NCBI GenBank assembly: GCA_907165135.1 | Contig: OU015567.1 | Span: 7,750,001-7,814,000, forward strand | Direction: 5' to 3' | DNA: 64,000 nt | Source: Oikopleura dioica | Lineage: Eukaryota; Animalia; Chordata | Shown here: positions 11,508-26,572 of the stretch, one piece after another | Layout: every line of letters begins with the position of its first letter | How positions within the stretch are numbered: position 1 is the first letter of the stretch | Notes under the pieces: model-generated | What the model was told of the DNA's origin: nothing | The model's input: the letters and a program-made list of their open reading frames with translations, nothing else | Databases searched by the model: none | Position numbers and translations under genes: made by a program

Positions 11508-12740
11508 ATGACGAGTAGAGAACAACTAATAGGATCAAACTCAAAAAGAAGAACACCTCAAATTGCACTGTTTATTATCACATTGGTTCTCTTTTCCTTT
11601 GCAGTCAATACTTTGCGAACATATAAAGCGCCGATTAAAAAGGTACAGGAACGGATCATTCATCATCCATTTTCTTGATTACAAAAAGTAAATGAAAATA
11701 TCCTCAAAAGCGACCGAAACCAATTCCACACAAATCATCTTCCTTTCAACGAGAACAAACCAAGACTCACAGCGAAACACCCTCAAAGCCAAGCCCTCAA
11801 GTCGATCCAAACAGAGCCTATCCGCAACCGATGACGATGGAAGTAAAAGATCCATTCTGGGAAGTGTTTCCGAACATAACCGAAGGACAAGATTGTGCTG
11901 CTGATTTCAGATGGTTTCGCCCGGAAGAAGGGAGGAAAAGGACTGCGATTTCAAGCTTTCCTGGTTCGGGGAACACCTGGGCAAGACATTTGCTTCATAT
12001 GGCCAGTGGATATTGGACGGGGAACAGAAGAGGATCGAACAAGTTGGAAGCAGCCGGTTGGAAAGCAGAAAAAATGATTGCAAGGACAGAACAACTATCG
12101 CCCAAAAGACACACAGGCTTCATAACAATCAAGGTAAAGCGAATTATATTGAAATTATCTAAGTCTCTTTAGCATGCGAGTTTGAACAAGGAATAATCTT
12201 GGTCAGAAATCCCTTCGATGCTATTCTAGCCGCGTACAATCATCACAAAGCCGGAAAAACCGGGGAACCGCCGATGACAGTTTACAAAGGGCCCGACTGG
12301 CCAGAATTTGTCGACCACTGGGCTTACCGTTGGGAAGAATTTCACCTTCAGTGGCTTGCGTAAGAGATAAAAAAAGAAATTGAAAATGACTAGATGGATT
12401 TCAGTTTTGACGGACCGGTGGAGTGGACATGCTTCCAAACATTGATAAAGGACCCGGTAGAGACAGCTGGAAAATGGCTGGACTTCTTGGAGATGGACCA
12501 TCGCCGCTTAGGTAAATCCTCTTTCAAAAACTGTCACGACAGTATCTTCTCCTTTCAGGCTGCATCCACGCGGACCCAACAGGGCAATTCCAGCGAAAGA
12601 AGACGCAAGACTACTCGCATTTGTACACACCGAAGATGGCAAAATACGTCCACCAGAAAATAAAGACGATCTCTGATGGCTTCAAACAAAAGGGAATCGA
12701 AGATTGTACTCAATATTTCAAATACGATAAATGCTGTTGA
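11508..12740 (+). CDS. WSCD-like (sialate O-)sulfotransferase-domain type II membrane protein
   Basis: N-terminal TM segment; PAPS-binding-like SSFPGSGNTWARHLL; IILVRNPFDAILAAYNH; multi-exon. Confidence 0.78.
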
Positions 12741-13051
12741 ACTAAAACTCTTATTTATCAATAATTATGTTCTCTGCTCGAGTTGATATCGAATAAACTG
12801 CTAATCAAGTTAATTTCCAACCATATTCTCTACCTACCGGTTCGTAATTAGTGCAGGTTAGGGTTAGGCTTAAAATCGAGTCAAAATTAAAGCTAAAAAA
12901 TGAAGCGCAGATGCGTGGGCGAATGAGCGCGGCGCGCTGAATTCCTCCGAGTCGGAGATTCCAACGAAATGGAGAGTAAAATCTAAAAAAATCTAGAATG
13001 GAGAGATAATAACGAAAATAGAAGCAAAGGAAAAATTATGAGAGAAGAATC

Positions 13052-15842
13052 ATGATGACACCTGTGGATGATCGTAGGCGCAGGTCGTCTGCGTCTTCAG
13101 TTCAGGTTTAATTCTAGAAATTATCGTTAAATAAGGAATTTTTCTTTCTATAAATAATTTGGAAGGGATAATAAAAACCATAATTATGGGGAGGCAAAAG
13201 GGAATTATGACGCGTAAACATTTTTTTAGTCTACGATCAGCTATTCGGATAAAGAACGGCGTTGGGGAGTGTTAGACGCTCGAGTTTGTCTACCAGCCGT
13301 CCTCAATGATCCTCGAAAATCATCCCGTTACGCAAACGAGCCTGTTCCAGAGATCCCGGCTTCCACACTTCGCGAAGTGCGCATTTCCGACTTCGATGGC
13401 TACCTCCGAAAATTGAAAAACCGCAATCAAGAAAGTCAAGTCCGTCAAGTGGATCGAGAGTCTTCGAATCAGTCATTTCAAAATCGCCAAAGTCAAAGCT
13501 CGTCCAAGATTCCGTCGCGTTTTTATCAAAACGACTTTGATACAAAAAAGGAGATTCAATTTTCGTTATCGTCGGGGAAAGAAACTAAATTGGAGAACAT
13601 ATCCGTTCACGATGCACAATTGAAGCACTGGTTGGACTTGACTGAAGTTGAACTGTCAAGAAGATTGAGTTCCCGAGCAGCTTCGTTTTTAGCCGCCGTC
13701 AGTGCTCAGGATACACTCAAGGAACTACTGGAAAATGCACAGGTAACATCAGAATTTACGGTGAAAAAGTCCAGTAGCCGCTTGCCGCTTCAAGCAAATG
13801 AGAATGAAATAGGCTTTGCGCGGCTTTTAATTATTAACCTATTGAGAAAACTTTCAGAAAAATGCGAAAAACCTCCGAAAAGAAGTGAAAATCATTGGCG
13901 AAACTGTCTCCGGTACCTTCGCGGCCATCCACCGAAACAACAAAATCGCGCGCCTGAAAGAAACGACTCGTTTGCTCAAAGTGATCCAAACAGTTCAACA
14001 GAGCCCAGCGACCATTCGTCTCCTCATTTCTACTTATGACTTTTCTGCTGCTAAAGAATACATTGAAACTATACGTGAGGTGCTACACAACGAGTTGCAG
14101 GGTATTGCCGGCCTAAAGAATCTCCATGGCGAGCTTGATAATGCGGAGAAGCAATTGAATGGGATTCTTGTTGAAGAAGCAAGCAACATTTTTGATGTAA
14201 ATATAATTATAAACAGATCGATCTCGAGCAAATTTTCTATTAAAAACAACCTTAGATCCTCCTAACTCAAGAAGATATCGACGGAGAAAGAGCGAAGAGC
14301 ATTCAAGAAGCGATAGTTTGTGCTGGAAGGTTAGCTGATACGACTCAAGCGATCCATGACGTGGTTGAAAAACGCGCGGACACGCTACTTTCCCGATTTA
14401 AAGATCTCGAAGGGGTCGAAAGAATCGAAAAAGATGTGGAAAGCTTGACGAAACTGCTGCATTTGGTCAAGAGAGGCGTTTTTGTCGACGAATTTGAAGT
14501 TCTATGCAAATCTTCTGTCGAAGTCGTTCAGCACCGTCTTTTGAGAATTTTACAGGAGAAGCATTTTACACAAGAAAAAGGTACGCAAAGAATGTAGAGA
14601 ACTGAGAACTTTAATTGATAGATTTTCTCCGAATTCTGCCGATTCTTTACGAGTTTACAAACACCTGCTTGCGCGAGTTCAAGACTCAAGGGCCCCTGGT
14701 GATGCAGCTCAAGGCGGAAACGAACAAGTATCTCAACAAATTCCACGAGGAAAGGCGGCAGCGTTTGGCTCTTCTGCTGGATTCAGAAGAGTGGCGCCCC
14801 GCTGAAGTTCCCAAAGAGCTACAAGAAGCTATCGATGATGTACTGGCGCAAGGTCAGGGGCAGAGACAGGACGGTGATGTACCTGTCAAACCGAAACGAC
14901 CAGGTATAACAATACCATCAAAGAGGAAAACTTCAATATTTTTGTAGTTATTTCATCGGCAGCTGACATTTCCGGCGAAAAATTCGTTGTTATTGGTTGC
15001 TCACTTCTCATGATCAAAATGATCAAGGTACAACATCTTTCTTTGTGAACTTCGCTACCTTCTTTATTCTAGGAATATCTTGGCTGCCTGCGTCAGCTTC
15101 CAGAGCCCTCTCTTCTTCATAAACTTGCCGATCTTTTGTTTCTGTTCAATTCTCGCTGCTGCCAGCTCGTTCTCGGCGGCGGAGCGACTACTACCCTCGG
15201 CCTTCGGTCTATTACAACCAAGCATTTGGCCATCACAGGTGATTACAGTTTATTAACCTTAAACAACAAAGCTTTCTAGCTCGATCTCTTCAACTGGTCC
15301 TGCGAGTGATCCCCTCTGTCCGCGGCGCCGCCTCCTCAGTCCTTTCCGACAGCAACACAACTCAAGTTGCCCTGCGTCAGCTGAACAAAGTCGAGTCAGA
15401 TTTCCAAACTCACATTCAAGAACTCTGGGGAAAGATCTCCGCGATTATGGACGATTTCTTCGCCAAACACGTGCAGAAATACGAGGTCAGAAACAAAATA
15501 ATAGCGAAAGTCGATCAATAATTCATATTTTTGAAGGTAAAAGCACCAGTTCCATCGGCGACGATGAAGACAGTCGTCAAGCAACTGAAGAAGCTGAGCG
15601 ATTCGTTACAAGAAGTCCTCCAGCCGGCAGAACACGTGACTCTTATTTCCAAAATTCACACGAGTTTTACTCAGCAAATGGATTCACGTATCAAAGCTCT
15701 TAGTAAGCTTTCCCCTCTTCTCTTCTTTTTATCCGTTTTTTCAGAAACTTCCAAAAACGACGGGCTTCTTCTTTCCGACATTTCATTCTACATGTCAAGC
15801 GTGCGCAAGATCGAAGGAATGACCGGGATCGACTGGGCGTGA
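13052..15842 (+). CDS. VPS54: GARP complex subunit Vps54
   Basis: LPAVLNDPR; LKHWLDLTEVELSRRLSSRAASFLAAVSAQ; LALLLDSEEWRPAEVP. Multi-exon. Confidence 0.88.
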
Positions 15843-16115
15843 AAAGAAAAATTCCTCGAATGAAATTTCTATCAAACTTGAAGTGCAATTTAAACTTTCA
15901 TTCATTTGCTTCTGCGATTTTTTACCTTGAAGTTCTGTCCTCGATTTTTAGAAAAGTCTCTAGTTCAATCTCAATTATTCATACCACGCTTTTCGTATTT
16001 TTTACTTCTCTTCTCGCCTTCCTTTAACTAATATTTATAAAAATATAAACGATTCAAGCGATTCTTACTATTCGAAATCAAAGTTTCAATTCTGACTTTT
16101 TTAGCTGATTTGAAA

Positions 16116-17580
16116 ATGGCCTCGCTTTCGACATGGCTAAGAGGACTAAAAACCGGACTAACCAGTAGTAGCAGCAGCGTTTCTCGAATTATTATCGGAA
16201 ATGAAGCTGGGGATCTCGATTCTGGTGAGATTTTTATTTTGATTTTTGTCGCTTTTTAAACTTTTTAAAGCGGTTTGTGCACTTGTTTTGGCGTACACCT
16301 TCTCAATCAAGGATCCCAAATCCGTCACGATCCCGCTATTCAACTACTCAAAGGATCTCTTCTTCGTGAAAACTGAGGAACTGGTGACTCTGTTTCACCC
16401 CTAGTGTCATCTTCAGCAGGATTTGGGCTGTAAGTGAGGTCACCTTTCTTTGAGGTCGTTCATGTGCTCAAAAAGATTCAACTATCGGAAAACGACGTGT
16501 TCTTCCTTCCGCAAATGGTCGACGAACTCTTGAAAACGAATGATTTGGAAATAGTCCTTGTCGATCACAACGAACCAACTGGTCTCTTGAAGCAAACTTT
16601 CAGGTAAGGAAACTTTAGATAAGAAGGATGCTTTTAGTTGATCATTTTTCAAGTTCGAATAAAGTGTCGCTGATTATCGATCATCACCCAGAAAACGCTG
16701 CGAACATTTTATCTTGTGAGAAAAGGATTGAGCTCGTGGGTAGTTGCTCGAGTCTCGTGGCGGATTATGCGATGAAAGCTGCTGTCAATTTACCCGACGA
16801 TGCGCGGGAACTTATCGCAAGCGCCATTGTGATAGACACGTCTGGCTTCAGCCCGATTCAGGCACTTTAGCTTTTCAGAGATTATTTTATAATTGAAGAA
16901 ATAGCTCGTCGGAGATATTGACCGTGAGATGTTCGCGCGTGTGACGGATGGAAAAGAGGTGGATGTCGATTCTTTGGTCGTGGAATTGACCGATGCGCGC
17001 TTTCAAATCGATGGCCTTTCGACTAGACAACTCTTGCTCAAAGATGCAAAGCATATACAGGCAGATAAGAACAGGGTTAGTTCTTTTCCGCATTTTATAG
17101 AATTATATTTGACAGAATTGAAATATCATCTATTTTGAGATGCTGTTTTTGCCTTTTTTTCAGAGAAAATTTAGATTTTAAATCTCCATGCTCTTTTTTA
17201 ATACAATTTAGTCCATCTTTGCGGCTACTCTTCACTGCGACTTGGGTGAATTTTTGGCCAAAGAAAATACCTGGAAGGAAATCAGTGAATTCTACAATTC
17301 CGAAGAGTGCAAAAGCGCCGAGATCTTGCTCCTAATGGGAACAGTTGCTGACGGTACTAATCGAGGGTTTGGCTGGTATGCGCCGAAAATGGGCGGCGAT
17401 TTTTCCGAAATTTTCACCGCCTGGCAGGATTCGATCGGATCGTGGAAGATGGGTCCATATGAAAAACTCGCGATGCTACCAGCTGGCGCCGGGGCGAGAA
17501 CCATTTCTGGCGCAGATGGAAAAGTCGTTTCGAGAAAAAAAGCACTGCCAATTTTTATTCCCTGGTTCAATTCTCTTTGA
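16116..17580 (+). CDS. PRUNE1: Prune/PPX1-type DHH exopolyphosphatase
   Basis: IIGNEAGDLDS, LVDHN, IIDHH, IVIDT, LLLKDAK motifs. Confidence 0.88.
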
Positions 17581-17830
17581 ATCAGTTTCTTGTTTCTTCA
17601 TTTATTTATTTCAGGAAGATTTATTCTTTTTTAACGTTGAATTTTATTCAGAGAAAGAGAAACGAGAGCTGCTGAGCCCTTAATATCCAGTGAAATCAAC
17701 GAAGAGAACCGAGAAAATCAGGCACTCAAAAACTCTTTGAAAAATAAAGTTCAAGTTTATTTATTTCACTTTTCAAAAGTGACAAAAGTCAAATCAGACA
17801 TAAACAACGCTTCAAAAACACGACACAACA

Positions 17831-19610
17831 ATGCTCGTTGTCGTCGGCAGTTATGAGCAAATGCTGCTCGGATATAATATAAGCCAGGTACGAGCATTGA
17901 CGATTCTTTTCTCTATAATTTTCTCTTTTCTAAACAGGAAAAAGGCGGATTCAAACACGACTCGGCATTCACAGACCATTCGCATTCGGGTTGCATCAAA
18001 ACGATCACTTCCTCCCCGCGAATCCTGGCATCTGGTTCCACCGACGAGAGAATATGGTGAGCAATGTTCTTGTTAACTGAAAATATCATACTCTTTTTCT
18101 CCCGTGAAGCCTGTTTGATATTGAAGAAGGCAAGGAAGAGGGTATTCTCTGCGGACACGAAGGCACAGTCACGAGATTGGCCATTTACAAAGAGCATCTA
18201 ATCAGTGCTGCAGAAGATGGAACGGTCAGGTATTTTCATTGCACCAAGATTTTCAAATATGTTCCCCGGGAAAAACTAAAGTTATCATTTATAAAATCCG
18301 AATTAACTGTGAGCGCTGTCCTCTAACCCCTAAGTGGTGGCGCTTTCTGGATTTTTACTCAAAATATTTGAGTCTGAAAATCTCGGTAAATGGGTCTAAA
18401 TTATACGGTATAATTTATACCGGAATTGGGCGTAGCATATCCTCTCATTAGTGTTATGTAGATTATATTCTCCGTGAAAATGACATTGCGCAAATTTACC
18501 AAGCACACCCTGAATTATAGTTCTGTTTCTATTTTAATTTAATTACACCGGCTAATTTTAATTTGGACGATTCTTGTTTCAAAATAAGAACGAATTCGAG
18601 TACGCAACATCTATTTTAGTAAGTCTTCCTTTGTCCAGGGTGCTCTCGTTCCACTCTCAAGAATATTCTTTAACAAAACGTTGTAGAATGTGGTCACTAG
18701 AAGATTGGGAAGAAATCAAAGCGCTAAAGCATCCCTGTGCCGTGCGGGACTTTTCCGCCGACCCAAGCGGCAAATTACTCCTGACGATTGCAAACGACAA
18801 AACCCTCAGAGCCTGGGATCTGACAAAGGGCCGCGCCGCCTTCACGAAATCCTTCAGAGAGCAGCCAGAAAGAGTGCTCTGGGGACCAGATGGAAAAAGA
18901 TACGCCCTTCAAACTGGGGCCAGTAGATGCTTGATTCAGACTCTGGAAGAGTCCAAAGAAAAGATTCAGATTGATACAAAGGATCGAATCATGGAAGTCA
19001 AGTTTTTCAGGTAAGAAAGTTTCATCAAAAGAGCTATCGTTTATTTTTCAAAAAGTGAGAACGAAGTAGCAATCGGCCTCTCCAGCGGACGCGTCGAAAT
19101 CTGGAGAATAGAAAAAGGCAACAACAACAGAGACGTCGGAGTCAAGCAGTCGGACTTCTCCGCCCACTCGACGAGAATCAAGGGAATGGACATTTGCAGA
19201 GGGATACTCTTTACCGGCGACTCCAGCGGTGTCGTCTCGGCCTGGAACGACAAGGGCGAGAAGATGATGCAGTTCGAAACGAATGCTAGAATCACGTGTT
19301 TGACCGTTTCAGGAAGCGGACTGATCGATTTCGCGGAAGTTCAAGTTTGATCAGTACATTTATCCGTTGAAAAGCACCTACAGACGCGAATGAAAACGAA
19401 AGCCTCGTGGACGAAGCAAAGACAGAGCAGGTTTCTAAGGTGTGCACGAGAGCTAACTCTCTTCTCTAATTTTTCTCTAGAATTAACCCCTTTTTACATC
19501 ATTTTAACAGACGGTGTTTTAACATCCTTATGATTTCCAACGTCGGTAAGAGCCTATTTTTAGCGCAAACAGAAAGTTGACAAGAGAAGAAAGTCAAAAG
19601 GAAGCCATAA
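17831..19610 (+). CDS. PAK1IP1: PAK1-interacting WD40 protein (Mak11 homologue)
   Basis: VVVGSYEQMLLGY; HPCAVRDFSADPSGKLLLTIANDKTLRAWDLTKGR; AHSTRIKG. The 3' end is approximate. Confidence 0.85.
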
Positions 19611-20618
19611 GCTGAGAGAAGACAGAGGATAGAAGACAGATAACACCAGAAAACAGAACACTTCAATTATTCGTTTAGAACGAGCGAGAGCCATCTCCAC
19701 TTTTATATACAGCCATTTCATTGAAAAAAATAACGATCGTTAAATTCAACAAGCTTCGAAAAAAAATAAGAAAATAAATATTAGACTCACTTTCTCGTCC
19801 ATTCTTCTTGTCGATATCGAAAATTCTTGCTATTTTCTTGCCTATTTGGCATGAACTTACGCTGAATTATAAAATCACGGAGAAATTAAAATAGAAACAG
19901 TCTGCTCTATGAAAAAAACTATTCGTTTTATGTGGAACTTAAAAAGCGCTTTTCTTCAACATATAAAGATAAAAAATATTCTCTAAGCAAAGCGGGCTGA
20001 TTCTTTCTTCTCTCGCCGTGATTTTGATAATTGAAAATTGAAATTTTGAATATTTCGCAGTTTCACTACACACTTTGAACTTCGCAGGAGCAAACAGACA
20101 ATTGCTTTCTCTCGCTTTTAAACCATCGCTTAAATATACTGTAGGCTAGCTGCTAGTAGCTCCTTCGTGCTATCCCTTCATGCGAGCTACGATTTATTCG
20201 AGCTTCTACCCTAATTACTATTTGGGACTATTTATTGAAAAAAAACTCATTGGAAAAAACACACTCTCACATGTTCTTCATCACACTCTTTTTTGAGCTC
20301 GATAAAAACAACCGTTCTCCTGTCTCTCTCTCTTTCTCTGATTGAAAAATCACATTTATTGAAATGAAAGTTATTGAAAGAAAGTAAGCGATATCGATAC
20401 ATGAATACCTACTACTTTTCTCGAACTTTGTAGCTCACGACATCTTGCATTGGCACATTGACAGAAAGAAGCTAATATAATAAAATATATGTGGCTGGTA
20501 AAAATTAAGCGTAGAAGGGCTAGAAGGAGTTTTTTAGATGAAAAAATCAAGGTGAAGAACGAGAAAAAAGTTAACAAAATCGGAATATCGGAAATTTGGG
20601 ATATCGATATCGAAAATC

Positions 20619-21728
20619 ATGTCAATAGAAGATCCCTACTTTGTCGTACGCGATGACGTCGCCAAAGCTGTTGATTCCTGTGAGAAAAGAGTCGTGGAAT
20701 GGAGACGAATCATGGAGGTAAAATTCATTCTGTATTTTCAGTTGTTTTTATTTTTAATCAAGGGCACCTCAACATCTGTGAAGGCCAGAAATATCACTTC
20801 CGAGTTGCGCAGCGCGGTGAGAAGCGCTGAATGGGACCTCGAAGACCTGGAAGAATCCGTCAAGTAAGATATTTTTCAATATTCAAGTGAGAGCTTTTAT
20901 AGAGTGGTGGAAAACAATCCAAGTCGTTTCGGTATCGCCGACGATGAATTGCGGGAAAGGAAGAGCTTCATTGTCAGGATACGAAACTCTCTAGCAGATA
21001 TGAAGTCGGAACTCGAAGGTTGCAAAATGTCTTTTCTTCATTTCCCTAATGAACTAAATTCTAGCACCTGATGTAAATGAGCGTCTATTAGCGATGGATT
21101 CGAGCCCACATGTGACCATCAAGTATGATTATAAAAAGCGTTCATCATTGATGTTTTTCTAAGCGTGAACAACTCCAGATACGGAAATTCGAATCCAGCC
21201 TTTCGGGATAACAACGGAGGATATTCCCAACAATCGCAACTTCTTCAAGAGCAAGATGGGCAATTAGAACTTGTATCAAACAATGGTAATAGTACCAAGT
21301 GGTGAGAAGAATTTGACTTCTTCTTATCCGTTATCCGTGACTGATCAAAGAAAGAACAAATTGTAAAAATTAATTTTATTTGATTGAAGTACATGTACTG
21401 AATCTTTCATGGCGAAAAGACGTATTTTACAAGACCTTCCAATTTAGTTCGGGTACTCAATCAAATAAGCCGAGCAATTGGAGATGAGCTCGACGACCAG
21501 GGACAGCTACTCGACAACCTGGGCAACGAAATCGACTCAGCTCAGTCGCGGATGAACGCGACCCTCTCCAAAATCCAACGCGTTACCAGGTAGACTCATT
21601 TTTCTCGCGGCGCTTGTCTAGATCTTTACAATAGACGTATTAGACTTTCAACGGATCGACGGCAGTGGGCCGCTATTGCTGGCTTGGCTTTTCTCATTGT
21701 AATTCTGTTTATCATGCTGTTCTCTTGA
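20619..21728 (+). CDS. STX6: Syntaxin-6-like Qc SNARE
   Basis: MSIEDPYFVVRDDV; ELRSAVRSAEWDLEDLEES; SNARE motif IGDELDDQGQLLDNL; C-terminal TM segment. Confidence 0.9.
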
Positions 21729-22398
21729 AACTTTCAAACTGTGCCTTTGCTTTATCCGGTTCAAGAATTTTTTTCCTTTCGTGAAGAAAATTGGTCTTCC
21801 TTGAATGAATTTCTTTAGTTTCTTTTCAACTTGCGTCATTTTCCCTTTCGTCTTCTTGTATCAACTCTAGTTGAGAATTAAAAAGTTGAAAAATCTATAA
21901 TTTTGGCCCAAATTCTGACATTATCAAGACAACAAATTCGAGGTGATCCACTAGCGCTGATAAATTTTATGTTCAAAACAGTTCTGTATGCTTTTTTATT
22001 CTATTTTCGTTTCTAAACCGGTTTTCCTCGATTTTCGTTGAGTTTGTCAAAAATACGGCCAGTCGCTAGAACATCGCTAGAACATTTTGCCTCAACATCA
22101 AAAACAACATTAGCTAAAATCATTTGATAAAGAGAGTTGGCGGGAATTATTCAGTTTCAGGCGCGATTTTGTCTGTAAGTCTTCGTTTTTTTTCAAAATG
22201 TTATCTTTAATAGCCAAATAAAACATGGGGTCGGGTATTGGATTTAATAGTATTCGAAATTATAAATCTATTATACATTTGCAATATATTCATTGTCCAG
22301 AGAAATATATTAGTTGATATTAAATTATTTATAACTAACTTTGTCTTCTTCGAAACTTGATTTTACCTGCCTAGACATGGTAAATCGGTAACAAGAAA

Positions 22399-25300
22399 AT
22401 GGAACCGACGTCATCCTCACAGGCTGGATCCTGGAAGGCTTACAAGCTTATTAATGATCCAGCTATTCATGGACCAGGAAAGTGTTTTTAACTACTCTCT
22501 TTTCTAAACAAGAGTATTTTTTGTTTATAAACATGAACAGGAGGATTCGGCAAAGTAACCCGCTTCGATGGCGTTTCATTCAAACCCGAAGGCTACCCTG
22601 GCCAGATTCCTTCAAATCCGCGCGACCCGCGACCCCCCACTTTTGGCTTTTCGGAAAATAAAGAAATCCTCGATCTTCCCGTCCCTCGATTCGTGATTGA
22701 TGCAAATTATGTCGGCCCCGTTCCACCGCGCATGGTGACGCTTTTCTGCCTCAACGACAACATTCAGGACAGCTTTTTAAGACAAGAAATACAGCTTCGC
22801 ATGCCAGAACTAAAGAAGAACATGAAAGAAATCGAAAAACTCAAGGTCAGTTTCCGCTTTTAGGTTTTTTCTTACTGCGCTTTAGATCTATTTCTCGGAC
22901 AATGGACGACATCTTGGACTAGCAAAAGTTTCCTTCCGAACTGTTCGGCTAGCGAAGCGATGCGAATCGAAGCTCAACGGTGTTCAAATGATGGGCTCCA
23001 AAATTGGCGCTGTTATTGATCCAAAGGGGGAAATTCTAGCAAGACTGAAGCATGATATTGAAAACAGGCGCCTTGATCGATACAACATTTCTGGCAGCGT
23101 TATTTCTAATATTCAAAATTCATTCAAATCACAAGGAAAGTGGATGATTTCTCCAGTAAAAAGATTATTTCGTATTCAAAGAAAAAAATGATTTCATCCG
23201 GTCTTAAGGCAACGGAAACGGAAAACAGTTAATGCAGCAAAAAATTGCTGACAATAGTATGATCCAAGAGCTGAAGAACGAATTCGATCAAACTCAAGTT
23301 TCATCTGACGAAGGAACCCCTTTAGGTACTTTTGACTTTTTTCTTTGCTTCCTTCTTATTTTTCTTTTAGGTGATGAAACACCAACTGAAGACGACACGC
23401 CATATCAAGAATCAAACGGCCACGATAGCCACGAGATTAAAATAGTAACTCGTAACATGCCACAAAGTTGGGGAGCGCCAACTCAACGAGAGCCGCCTCG
23501 AATGGAAAATTCCGGCTTTGGAAACAACAAGAACTTATCAACGCCAAACGGACGGTACCATCATTCACCCGATGATAGAAGGTACAAAGACTCGTACAGT
23601 AGCTCGAACTGGGACGACGATAGAAGGAATAGAAGAGATCGACACTCTGAATCGAAATCGTCATGGGACGATCATCGCTCTCACAGGTCTGCCTCACTTT
23701 CTAAAGTCAAATACATCTGACTTGAATTAACAGAGATGACCGGAGAAGAGATAGATACGACTCTTACAGCAGCTCCAGAGACAAGCGAGATCGTGAGCGA
23801 AGATCGAGACATTCTGGTGGATCAAAGACCCGTGACGACGATTACTCAAACGGCGATAAATCCTGGGATCGTCATAGAGCGCGCGATCGGCAGGAACGCG
23901 ACTTGCGAGTTCCCGATCACAACTCATGGAGCAACAATGAGAGCAATCACATTGACAACAGATACAGCCAAATGAACTCCGACCATGTAAACAGTCAGAA
24001 CTAGCAGTTCTAAAAATAATCTAATTCAGGGCTGGGGATCAAATGGAAACTACCACAGCGAGAAATCGCAGGCGCATGATCCATGGGCTCGCCACGACAA
24101 CGAAATGAAGCGCATCCCTTCCTCTGAGGGGCGACCTTACAACTCCCAGCACCATCAAAGGAATGGAGCGATAAAACTAATGCTTTAGTAGAAATCAACG
24201 AGGAAAATCATCAAGGTCAAATTCGCACCCCACATAGTGAAAACGTAAACAAGCCCAATAATAATGTACAGAACAGCAACCATTCTACCATGCTCGAAAA
24301 GGTGAAGCCACCTGCCGATGGCAGCACTGAGGACATGGAGATTTCCGACGAAGAAGAGGAGGGAAAAGAAGAGAAGCGCAAGCAAGAGTTGTACGACCAG
24401 TTTGTGCGCAAGACCATTTACTTGCTGGGAAATGGAATGACGCAGAACATCCAGAAGGACATAATCAAAGTAAAGCTGAAAATTGCAGAACTGTTGGTTT
24501 ATTAGTAATCTTTAGATTTTCGAGCGTTCGATCATCAACAAATACAATACTTGGTGGCAAGAGCAGCAAGAGGCCGAGGCCGAAAAGAGTCGTATACAAG
24601 CAGCAAACAACCTCCGCCCTGAAGTACATTCCACGTCAATCTAACTTATATTTAATAAACTACCACTAGCCCGTGCAATCTCGTGTTTTTAATCCAAATA
24701 TGGACCCTGGTTCGCTTATTCCCAAATTGCCCAGCTTCAGTCTCAAACGAAAAATTATACGCCAGAGTATGAAATCATTATATTCTCGCCCTCCTGAGAG
24801 CTTTATTATAATATTATATTCACCGAATCTATGACTATTGACATTATTTTGAGCAGCTGATCCAGCGGATCCGTCAACTCAGGTTGAGTCCGAAGAGCCG
24901 AAAAAAGCCAAACAACCTCAAGAAGAACCACATGTTCCCCCGCCTCCGTACGTTTCTTTTTTTATTTTGTATTTAACTTGTTAGTTATGAATACGTACCT
25001 TTTTTCTCGTGATAATTTTGTCTTTGATGGCGATGAAAGCAGAGATCTTAGGGAGTTTTTTTGAAAGGATGACAATATTTCTGACGCGGATCAATGACGA
25101 TTTTTTATACTAGGAGCTCTTCTGAAGACGAAGTCACTGAAGACGAGTCAGAGCGAGATTCTCTCATCTCGGAGGATGATAAATTGGAGAATTTCGACGC
25201 GCCTTCCGCTCCACAAGACATACGGCCTAGTACACCGCCACTTATAGAAACGTCAGAGGATTCAAAAGATGATAAGCCAATCCTTTATTCGTCACCAAGA

Positions 25301-26572
25301 TTTAGGAAGCCGGTTAATACGATTCGTAATTATTTTTTTCAGATAATATCTGATAATCAATGACGTTTCTTGACGCTTGAATTCACACTCTTTCTAAATT
25401 TTGTTTCGACACTCTCTAATCAATTTGCCTATCAAACCGGTAAAAGGGGCGATAATCGAGCGCCTGAGTCTCTGCTTCTTGCCAACTTTCTGTATGAACA
25501 TAGCTATTGCAATCCGGAAAAACTCGCATACGACAAGAAGTCAAAAGTTTTCTTGCAAAGGACAGAAGAGGAAGAAGAAAAGCTCCTCGAGGAACCGACC
25601 AGAACCGATGTTGAAGATCTCAAGTATTTGCGCCAAGAGCTCACGAGAAGGAGATTATTGCTTCCAAAATGGAAGCCTCATCCACCTGTGGAGACGAGAA
25701 AGAAGGTAATGAGAGTTTGGGAAATATCGTAATCCTGATCAATTAAATTCAGGATAAATTATCATCTGGATGTGCCCGAACTGAGGGGTACTTTAAATAC
25801 ACCTGGGAAGAAAAGCTCCAGATGCGTCTTAAACTACATCGTCTCGGTCAATTAATCGGTAGAAACACATCTTGCGATATCTTCCAACTCTTTCAGATCT
25901 GAAACCAGAGGCAACATCTTCCGGAACCGACGCCGCTGGGCGAAAAGAAGCTGTCCAGGCGACCGATCGAGAAACGAGGAATTATCACAGAAGAGTTGCC
26001 GATGAATTCTCGGAGTCAACGATGATGAGATACAATCAACTGACGATGCGGAAGAAGAAGGTCAAATTCATGAAAAGTGCTATTCATGGATGGGGCTTAT
26101 TCGGTACATATTCTTTTGGAAATTGACACTCATCGTTGTTTTCAAGCTCTGGAAGATATTCCAGCCGATGATTTCGTGATCGAATACGTCGGTCAAAAGA
26201 TCCGCATCGGTATCGCCGACGTCCGGGAACGAGAATATACAAAATGTGGAATCGGCTCCTCGTATTTATTCAGGCTCGATACGACGCACGTAATCGATGC
26301 TACTAAACACGGAAGCTCTTGTATGTCAAAGTTGATAGTCCAAAATTTCTTATTATCCTTCGTTTTCAGCTCGTTTCATCAACCACTGCTGTGTGCCAAA
26401 CTGCATTGCCAAAGTGATTACCGGGGCGGATGGCGAGAAGAAGATCGTTATCTACTCCAAGGTCCCTATTCCCAAGAACGCGGAAGTAACGTACGACTAT
26501 AAGTTCCCCATCGAAGACGAGAAGATTCGCTGCCTCTGCTTCCACGAGAACTGCCGCGGCTATCTCAACTGA
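22399..26572 (+). CDS. SETD1: SET1-family H3K4 methyltransferase
   Basis: [10 protein letters not shown]; [18 protein letters not shown] plus RRM; WIN motif SGCARTEGY; [10 protein letters not shown]; [11 protein letters not shown]; post-[18 protein letters not shown]. Confidence 0.93.

Noticed and set aside
19640-19900. Antisense spliced transcript between PAK1IP1 and STX6
   Set aside because: Two GTRAGT motifs on the - strand but no coherent ORF; chance in AT-rich DNA is not excluded.
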